A stretch of 62,144 nucleotides of DNA, counting the filler, from Asterionella formosa (lineage: Eukaryota), in the NCBI GenBank assembly GCA_002256025.1. It is 9 parts of 9 records of this genome, joined end to end, with 100 filler letters (N's around TTAATTAATTAA, not from the genome) between each part and the next. Parts side by side here need not be neighbours in the genome. Positions count along the whole stretch, not along the records: positions 48,436 to 55,242 come from NKIB01012602.1; positions 55,343 to 62,144 come from NKIB01012604.1; 7 more parts are not named here. One strand, written 5' to 3'. The translations under genes and the position numbers were made by a program. Under the pieces are notes generated by a model, which searched no databases, was not told the origin of the DNA, and worked only from the letters and a program-made list of their open reading frames with translations. Positions 53,071-62,144 of the stretch are shown here, piece after piece (the first letter of the stretch is position 1; each line of letters starts with the position of its first letter).

Positions 53071-53833
53071 NNNNNNNNNNNNNNNNNNNNNNNNNNNNNN
53101 NNNNNNNNNNNNNNNNNNNNNNNNNNNNNNNNNNNNNNNNNNNNNNNNNNNNNNNNNNNNNNNNNNNNNNNNNNNNNNNNNNNNNNNNNNNNNNNNNNNN
53201 NNNNNNNNNNNNNNNNNNNNNNNNNNNNNNNNNNNNNNNNNNNNNNNNNNNNNNNNNNNNNNNNNNNNNNNNNNNNNNNNNNNNNNNNNNNNNNNNNNNN
53301 NNNNNNNNNNNNNNNNNNNNNNNNNNNNNNNNNNNNNNNNNNNNNNNNNNNNNNNNNNNNNNNNNNNNNNNNNNNNNNNNNNNNNNNNNNNNNNNNNNNN
53401 NNNNNNNNNNNNNNNNNNNNNNNNNNNNNNNNNNNNNNNNNNNNNNNNNNNNNNNNNNNNNNNNNNNNNNNNNNNNNNNNNNNNNNNNNNNNNNNNNNNN
53501 NNNNNNNNNNNNNNNNNNNNNNNNNNNNNNNNNNNNNNNNNNNNNNNNNNNNNNNNNNNNNNNNNNNNNNNNNNNNNNNNNNNNNNNNNNNNNNNNNNNN
53601 NNNNNNNNNNNNNNNNNNNNNNNNNNNNNNNNNNNNNNNNNNNNNNNNNNNNNNNNNNNNNNNNNNNNNNNNNNNNNNNNNNNNNNNNNNNNNNNNNNNN
53701 NNNNNNNNNNNNNNNNNNNNNNNNNNNNNNNNNNNNNNNNNNNNNNNNNNNNNNNNNNNNNNNNNNNNNNNNNNNNNNNNNNNNNNNNNNNNNNNNNNNN
53801 NNNNNNNNNNNNNNNNNNNNNNNNNNNNNNNNN
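53071..53833. other. Intra-scaffold assembly gap
   Basis: Run of N with no linker motif. Confidence 0.99.
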
Positions 53834-53949
53834 ATCTTCTAGAAGTGAGGTGGCATGAAATAACAAATAGAATTTATTTTCCCAGTCTTGGGTCCCCGGA
53901 TCTGCACCTGAACACCTTTGGCACTATCAATTTCCATCTCCAATGACAA

Positions 53950-54750
53950 CAGTGGTCCTATTCCAAACACAATGCTCCCCCCCCCCCAATTGCGTCAAAC
54001 CAGTCCATCTGCAACTCCCCCTCCTTGCCTTTCACATGGCTCTTGTCTCCCATTGCCCCACTCAGCAAGCCACCTTGCTGGACATGGCCACCATCGCCTT
54101 CTACTTCCTCATGCACCCAGGAGAATAATCGAGACAACCCTCCCCAACCCTCAACACCTGCTCTTCGTTCTGCTTACAAGACTTGCAACTCTGGATTGAG
54201 CAATCCCGCCTCAACCTCAATACCTGCCCTATCATCGACCTCACATTCACCACATTTGCCGCTTTCATGTTCACCAACCAAAAAAGGGGTCCGCAGGGAA
54301 GTCATTGGCCGCAAATGTAGCGGACACCTTTATATCTGCCTGGTCTTGGCCATTTCTCGGAGGGTTATCCACCTACGCACCCACCACTGCACCCCGCTCA
54401 AGCTGCTGAACACTGTCTCGGTTCCCTCTGCCCAGCAACACATCATGTCCCACCAAATCACGACATCTCTCCAAATTGCTGCTACCATCCTGGGCCCCTC
54501 ACTTGGCTTGCTGCCCAAACACAACTCCGCCCGCTCCCTCTATGCAGGCGGCACCATGGCTCTGCTCTGCTGCTGTGCGCTTTCATCGACAGTGACTGCA
54601 TCTGCCTCATCGGCTGGTGGCGCTCGGACGAAATGCTATGCTACCTCCACCTCCAAACCCAGCCCATCATTTGCGGCCTCTCAAAAAAAGCTCACAGGTG
54701 GCATGTACACTCTTGTCCCTGGCCAAGAGGTCCCAGCCACTGCCTAACAT
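53950..54750 (+). mobile_element. DIRS/Ngaro-type retrotransposon tyrosine recombinase remnant
   Basis: KKGVRREVIG, RRVIHLR, SARSLYAGGTMALLC and, in another frame, GWWRSDEMLCYLHLQ (catalytic R..W..Y region). Confidence 0.78.
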
Positions 54751-55242
54751 TTCCTCTCCACCATAGCTAGTAGGCACCTCTTCTACCCCTCCGGTGCCCT
54801 CTCCCACCATCCATCTTACGTCTTGGCCAAAATTGGCACTAAAAATGCGTAATTCTACAAAGTTCGGGTTATCGGTTCACTGGGTCACTAGTAAACAGCC
54901 GTTACCTCCAACACACTGCAGTGGAATAGAAATGTATGACTATTCAAAGCGTCAAGGGCCGCCATAAACTAGGAAGGGAAGGATGGGGCCATGTAAGCAC
55001 AAATATGGTGAAAGCACACCAAACTCTGACACATGGTAAAAACACATGTCAGAACACCATCAATCATCACTGCTGGTTGTTGAATGGATCATCCCATAGT
55101 TTCTTGAATTGCTACTGGGTCATTCAACCAAACAGGCAAGACTTCCAGACAGCACCCAAGCCCTCTGGCAGTAAGGGTGTAGCTCCAGGAGGTCCTCAGT
55201 GCTCTCCTCAACACAAATGCGCAACCCTTGTCTCTTTTTGTA

Positions 55243-55342
55243 NNNNNNNNNNNNNNNNNNNNNNNNNNNNNNNNNNNNNNNNNNNNTTAATTAATTAANN
55301 NNNNNNNNNNNNNNNNNNNNNNNNNNNNNNNNNNNNNNNNNN
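55243..55342. other. Artificial scaffold-joining linker
   Basis: N44-TTAATTAATTAA-N44. Confidence 0.97.
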
Positions 55343-55754
55343 GCGCATGGCCACAGCATTGCATCCCCTGATGCCCATGCATTGACACACTGTTTCAGCA
55401 ACTACATCTGCAAATAAAAAACATCTAATTCGTGTGATGCATCTTTTAATGGCGATCATATGATCAAATAAATTCGATTTATCATCTAATATGAATAATA
55501 CTTATCGTCTTGTAGAATATTGTATGTATATATATCGATACATATATTTTTGTATTTATATGAGTAGGACAGTCGTACGTGGGTATGTGTACATATCTGC
55601 TGAAGAAATCTATTGTTTCGAAGACATGATAGATATGCATATATGCATATGCATGTTCGAGTCTACTTGTGTGTGAGTACTGGTACTAGGTACTACTGTC
55701 TATTGTATCATCTATTGTACTCCTACCTGGTACTACCCTGGTACTGTTAGTCCC

Positions 55755-56530
55755 AATATGTTGCACAGATATTTTTGTATGTAAACGAATGTACACGATT
55801 GATTTGAATTTTAATCATGCCCATCATCGGGATACCTACCGGTATATATGTAGCACACATATTTTTGCATGAAAACGTACGTACCAGGCAGTATGCATAC
55901 GATTGATTTGAATTCCAATCATGTCAATCATAGTGACACCTATATACCGGTATGTTGCACAGATATTTGTATGTAAACGTACTACGTGTACGATTGATTT
56001 GAATTTGAATCATGCCTATGAAAGGAAAAGGGGTTAGGGAGTGAATTTGGTATATCGGTATCTAAAAAGGTGATTGAGGGTACACAATATCACATAGTCA
56101 TACAATAATGTGGCATTGGTATCTGTTTGTGATGAAGGGGACGCAATAACACTTTCTCGAACAAACAAGGTGACATTGGTAGCTATTGTCACCTCGTACT
56201 CAGGCTACAACACGTTCTTGTACAGACAACAAGGTGATGACATTGGTATCGTCTATTGGTGATGGAGGGGACGCAATAACACGATGTTCTCGTACAAACA
56301 AGGTGACAGTGATATCTATTGTCACCTCGTACTTAGGTTAAAAGTAAGATCAAACGAGCTAAAAGTCGTTATCTGTGATCTTATTTCTTGGCAATCATAT
56401 CTAGCCAGAAAGTATGATGTGTAATCTTTTAGTAGTAAGATATATTTATGTTAAAAGTAAGATCAAAAAAGCTAAAACATTTTATCTGTGATCTTATTTA
56501 TTGGCAATCATTTCTAACCAGGAGGTATGA
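55755..56530. repeat. Cluster of three different short tandem duplications (about 100 bp x3, about 125 bp x2, about 113 bp x2)
   Basis: gcacagatattt..cgattgatttgaatt x3; ggggacgcaataacac..tattgtcacctcgtac x2; gttaaaagtaagatcaaa..tatctgtgatcttattt x2. Confidence 0.8.
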
Positions 56531-57479
56531 TCTGTGAATCATAAAGATTGATTCAAGCGATTCATCTACCGGTTATTATTTTATGATTTGTACCATATGA
56601 AAAATTTCGTATGACTCCCGCTAATTGAGGGGCTTAATTAAATTACTTACTTGTAGGTACAAGAATTGATCTGGAAAAATTCTAGTACATCAGGTTGTGG
56701 AAAACAATGATATCCACATGCATTGTATATATTTGAATTATGTATAAGCTTAATTGATGATAGTATACACATTATGTCTATATATTTCTTCCCTTGTTAT
56801 GCATACCGGTAACACATGATCCTGACATGAAAGATCATCTCTGCACTGTGACAAGGGAAACTGAAAGAACGACGCTTCAACACACACAATGATGATAAAC
56901 CATGTGGCTTAGAAGGATTGAAAATGGAAAAGTTAATTGAATATACCTATGATATGTCAAGAGTACATGCCAAGGTGATCAATTGTTGGGTTCACAAAGA
57001 CAAAATGATTGCCTCCTTCCCTAGCAATTCAAAAGCACATTTCTCATTCACCGGGATACCAGCAATGTCGACCAAAGCTGTTAATGCTCTTGTTGGATCA
57101 ATGAGCCACTGTTAGAACATCACTGACACATGTTTGCTTTTCAATCTTTCAGGATAATTTTAAGTAAGAGTTTTGTTGTAAGTTATAAATGACATTGGTG
57201 GAACAGTTTATTGATTTGTACTTTTGTGATAGTTGACTGACACAATATTTTACTGAATTATGCGAAAAATTCATCGATTTCTGGTAAGTGGAGCATGCTA
57301 AAATGGGACTTCATTGTTGAGATATAAACAAAACATGGCTAACAAGCGAGTAATTCCTTATCATTGTTGTTATGATTAGGAAATCAAAATAGATAAAACA
57401 GAATCGGATCAAAAGGAAATGGAATTTGCAGCATGTAGTCAGATGAGTTTCAGAATCAGAGTGGAAGGGAACAGGGAGG

Positions 57480-57682
57480 CATGAGTCAAGAGATTTGAAG
57501 GCAGGGAGGAGACAATGCATCCTCAAGAGCATTGAAGAGAAGCGGGCGGGGAGAGGCAGGCATCCTCAAGAGCATTGAAGGGAAGTGGAAGGCATGTATC
57601 AAGAGCATTGAAGGGAGTTGGGGGAGGCATGCATCCTTACGAGCAATGAAGGGAGGCAGGAGGCATGCATCAAGAGCATTGA
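57480..57682. repeat. Purine-rich minisatellite (gcatcctcaagagcattgaaggg), about 5 copies
   Basis: Directly visible in the sequence. Confidence 0.82.
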
Positions 57683-57867
57683 GACAATAGTAGAAAAGGG
57701 GAACATTGGCTGTTTAACCACACAAAAAGGAAGAAAAATATAAACGATTTCGTGATAAAACAGTAAAATTACAATCCATTTCAACATGTAAATAAAAAAA
57801 CCGTTAGGCCTAACAGTTTTGCTGTAAGACCCACTGCCCCAAAAATTCTCAGTATGACGTACCATTT

Positions 57868-57962
57868 TTTGATTGATCATACAAAAAACCTGATTGATCA
57901 TACAAAAGACTGACTGATCGTACAAAAATACTGATTGATCATACAAAAAACTGATTGATTGA
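57868..57962. repeat. About 21-bp tandem repeat (tgattgatcatacaaaaaac), about 4 copies
   Basis: Directly visible in the sequence. Confidence 0.85.
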
Positions 57963-59334
57963 TTAATTTTGTTGCATTGATCCCAGGTATAATTATCATA
58001 GATCACATGGTTGATTGTTGCTTCCATTAAGAATGGTAGCAAGCCACATTATCCAAGGTTCCTGTATGATTTTGAGGAGATAATATCAATGTTAGCAAAA
58101 GTGTTGCAACGATTAAAGCATCTCCAGCTACACATGTGCCACAAACTGATGACATGAACAATCTATATAGTAACTTCACGTTCCAATCGACATAACGAGC
58201 ATCAAATGAGAGTATAGTAACTTACCTATGCTCTCACTGTTGATTGATGGGTGACAGGTAGCGTTGTTAACCCTCACATCTGTATATATGGAAGGGAAAG
58301 ATGCTATTAATGTCGAAATCCTAATTAGTGGACACAGACATTACAAAGCATTTGCAGCATTGTGCACAAACATATTAAGTGCGGTTTCTTACCTCGTAAC
58401 TAGGTTGACTTTTATCGTTCGTCCTGAGGAAGTGTAGAAACTTTGAGTGGTAGCAGCGCACACGAGCAGCGATACAATTTTATAGTTTGCATCCGGTCTC
58501 ACACGGTACCGATCATAAGCCCCTTGATAGCCACAGTTGAGAAGCAAAACAATCATATAACTTACCTCTTCCCACCGGTTGGTTTGATACCGGTAGAAGG
58601 CTCTAGATCACCATTCCCTCATCAGTTTGTTATGTGGAATAGAATGCATTAAGGGTATGAATTTTTTAACAACAATATCTCAACATTTCCTCTTCTTCAA
58701 AAAGCGTGTATAACATACATCTCTGTATGTCTAGTAAAGTTTTTGAAGGAACATTTAATACCCTACCAGTATGTATGATTAGATAAAAATACAAGACTTA
58801 ACAGGAATTCGAATACCCGGTATACTCCCAGTCATCATATCCTAACACGGTACCCGATATACTTCCATAGGTACATATACATACCGTCAAATTTTACTGG
58901 TACTTACATGATGGAGGAATACTGGAACTTACATCATGCTCAGTAGATTACAGTAACAGGACCTCGTACGTCACTGTTATCCAAGTGGGAACTACCCTGG
59001 TACCAGGGGTACCGTACATTTCGTCCATGTTCCTGTCGGTACTGTTCTAACGTTCAAGTTTGGCTACAGTATTGATCAATACTACCGGTAGGTATTTGAA
59101 CATGATTGAAAACACTTGAAGTGCATTATTATGATATAATGCCGAAGTACTCAGATTATATCATAGGTAGTGAATGATAAATTAACATTTCTGTATGATC
59201 TAAGAGACCAACTCCCTATATAATCTTGGCGCGCCAAAAATAATATCAGGCTTTTCTCTTTTATTATTGCTTCGTTCTTTGATTTTAAAGCATCAGCGGC
59301 CCGTTTACCTTGACTCCTGTACATTTTTATCGTC

Positions 59335-61110
59335 ATGTCCGGTAGAGGAATAAAAAGAAGCGATAATTCTAGAGTTGATAAACTTGTCTCAGAAGAAGTA
59401 CCGCAACAGTAACCAGGATGAAAAGAATCGGAAAAAAGCCTTCCTATTCATGTCAAACATAGCAGGCATTTGGTTACTCCTGCAACGAAATTGTCTCATG
59501 AGTACGAAGAGTTTGTAACAAATACAACTGCTTCAACAAAGCAGCGATATCATCATCAAGATTCAGATTCTGACAATGATGATATTTTGTCGGAACTTTC
59601 CTCTCCTGGTAACAAGAAGGTGCTGACCGATAATCCAAAGACAAATATTATGGACTTACATCTCGATAATGGCGACAATCTCAAATATATATCACAGTTC
59701 CGCCTTAGTCGTGAGACAGTGATTGATCAGAAGCATCATTGTTCATTGTTGTTTTATGTTCAACAACTTCATAATAAGATTGCCCTATTGGAACGCAAAA
59801 TTTCCCTGAATAACTCTTCTATCAGTGAATACAAAGATTCCAGCCTTGCCACTACAGTTTCTACAAGACGAAGGGATATAGTTGCATCGATAACTTCCTC
59901 TCATGCAACCGAAGTAGTTGGTGAAATATTTCATACTAGAAAATTTTGTCACACCCAGGTAAGTTCATGTACACATTTAAATCTCCTCGAATCACCTTGT
60001 TTTTGATATTGTTACCAACCATTTTTACATTCATTGTCCTTACAGTCTTACAAGCATCCTGCTGAAACATGTGTGCCAAGTAGAATTGGAATATCAAGTC
60101 CAACAAGTCATTGGTATGCAAGATTGTGTATTTCGTTCTTGTTGAAACGTCATCCCGAAATCGCTCTTGCCGTTAAGGATGATTCTGAATTCTCGGATTG
60201 CAGCTGGAATGGTGTTGAAGAAGTTTCTCATGGAGGAACCGATTTCCTATAGGTAAGAAGTGCTAAGGAAAGAAAAGAGTACTTTGACCATATGTTTGGA
60301 GGAATGTGCATTAAACATATTCATTACTTCCAATTGACATTGAACCATTTCATTCGTTCAGTTTTGATTAAGTTTATTTGGATTCCTTATTGTGTGTTTT
60401 TTGATTATATTTGTTTGCTTATTCTCTTCTCTTTGTTAGTTGGTGTAACCGAAACCACCTTAACGGAGTATAATAAATCCGATTTTATTTTTTTGGTTAC
60501 TTCTCTGTACCAGTTTGTTCACCTGGACACTTGTGATCGTTCCTCCAAGTACTACTGGGCTTTCCTCCTATCAGCTTCTTCCAAACAGGAATCAAGAGTC
60601 ACGATCATTACTTACTGGGTCTAGTAAGATCCTTCAATCACAGGCTCAACAAGCAAGGAAAGTGTCTTCTTGATGGCACCCATGTTGGTGATTCCATTCA
60701 TCCCAGCACAGAGGCCTATACTTTCCTGAGTGTTCGTGGTAAATTTCTAGTTAACAGCACCCTGAAAATTTTTCAGTATCTGGACGAAGATACTGATATT
60801 CCTGAACAGTTCCTTAATGCCACTACCTATGAAGAAATTGTTTTGATTTGCGGATCTGCAAAGGGACGCAATAACCTTAATGGAAATAGTTCATGCCAAT
60901 TCAATGGGTTGACGTTTTGCTGGAATGATGAAACACTGAAGTACCACAGAGAACTTCTTGTTTATATTGAACAACAGAACGCAATCGAAAAGGAACGAGT
61001 ATCAAACAGTGAGGGTAAACCCAATATTGAAGGTAGGCAAGAATATTTCGTTTTCGAGAGTTGACAACACATGTCTGGGATAATTACAATCAAGAACATA
61101 AAACGTTTGT
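59335..61110 (+). pseudogene. Degraded, probably TE-accessory, multi-exon gene homologous to 40290-41250
   Basis: Shared peptide blocks and intron position; stops and frameshifts; a convergent minus-strand ORF remnant follows at about 61320-61790. Confidence 0.55.
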
Positions 61111-62144
61111 AAGGAATGATCCAGATAAATGGGACAAATCACTTTCCTCCTCTACCTGTTTTTATAATATACTTTCCCAATCACTCCCACAATTTCGGAA
61201 CTCTTTGGTGACAAGTCATGGACTGCTTCTTCTGGATTGGCAACCATGTCTGGAGTTGCCTTTAATTTACATTTTGCTTTTGCTTTGGAAGGGGGAGTTC
61301 TTGTATCAAGTCTATCATATTCGCTAGACTCAATTAGACGCTCTGAGAAAGTAGAAACAAGATCTACCACGGGCATACAAACAAAATGATCTTTACTTCT
61401 TGGAATGGTATTGGGAGAAGATGAGCTGGCATCAACTATTTCGTTTTCACTCACCTGCGTCAATGCATAAACGGAGAATACACAACATCGGTGATCTTTA
61501 TTTGGAATGACAGGTATGACTAATTCCATCGGCTCTTCACGAAAACAGTTTCCCAATTTAGGCGATGCCTCTCAAATGTGGTCGTAATGGTGCACAGAAA
61601 CTTGTTCTTCTTTTCTTCTGTATCAATACCAGCACCAACAATATTAGTAAAAATACAGGGATCATTTGAAACGCCCCAATAAGGGAGAAGTTTATCAACA
61701 TCATTGGACTCATTTCGACAACCATTGTTGCTGTATGACATTGGAATCAGCTATTGATTGAATAATGGTTCTGGTACCCTCATAAATATTTTACACTTTG
61801 GAGTGGCAAGAACATATGTGTGGGACAAGCTACACTACGTATAGTATTTAAGCTATATATATAAAGCGGTCACTTTGTGGAAAGTAGTATATGTGTGGCA
61901 ATGGGGTTAGGCTGTCCTATATATTGCCTCTGATGTTGCCGATAAAGAGATTTCTTAAAACAATGGGATAGTACAATGTTATTAAGCAAAGTTACAATTG
62001 TTATTTCAAACCCCCTACTATTCAAGGCTCATGTGATGCTACTATTTCCTGAATGAAATGAAGCTACTTCCTGATTAGTGATGTTGCGGCTCTAATTCTG
62101 CAGCATACAAACATGCTCGCCAATAGCTAGTCAATGAGAATGGA

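Noticed and set aside
58053..58070. CCAA|GGTTCCTGTAT as another family F terminus
   Set aside because: Only about 10 bp of match, no TTAA and no further visible homology.

Overview
Eukaryotic nuclear DNA, most likely from a pennate diatom: short GT-AG introns, a bipartite plastid-type presequence, and CoDi-type copia and CryptonS-like elements. The window is not one locus. It is nine scaffolds of about 6.80-6.84 kb, in roughly descending length order, joined by an artificial 100-nt N44-TTAATTAATTAA-N44 linker, so adjacency across linkers has no biological meaning. Host genes seen: DBP2/DDX5 helicase (5 exons, one unusually long intron), a DDHD phospholipase 3' end, a TMEM184/OST-alpha protein, a calcineurin-like metallophosphoesterase, a predicted plastid PILS/AEC transporter, a CxxS nucleoredoxin-like protein, TAM41, an SGNH-like protein and a decayed GH10 glycoside hydrolase. 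The rest is mostly degraded transposons (Harbinger/ISL2EU-like, MULE, pogo, Plavaka-like, LINE, CryptonS-like, copia, Kolobok-like, DIRS/Ngaro) and tandem repeats. The best leads are: a candidate poison exon in the long DBP2 intron; two TTAA-targeting Kolobok-like families with one docked on the other's target site; a tRNA-like element lacking an anticodon arm; GGTACC/CCAGGTA tracts recurring upstream of genes; and one-sided CpG decay in a duplicated gene fused to copia pol. All family assignments come from motif recognition by eye; no searches were run.
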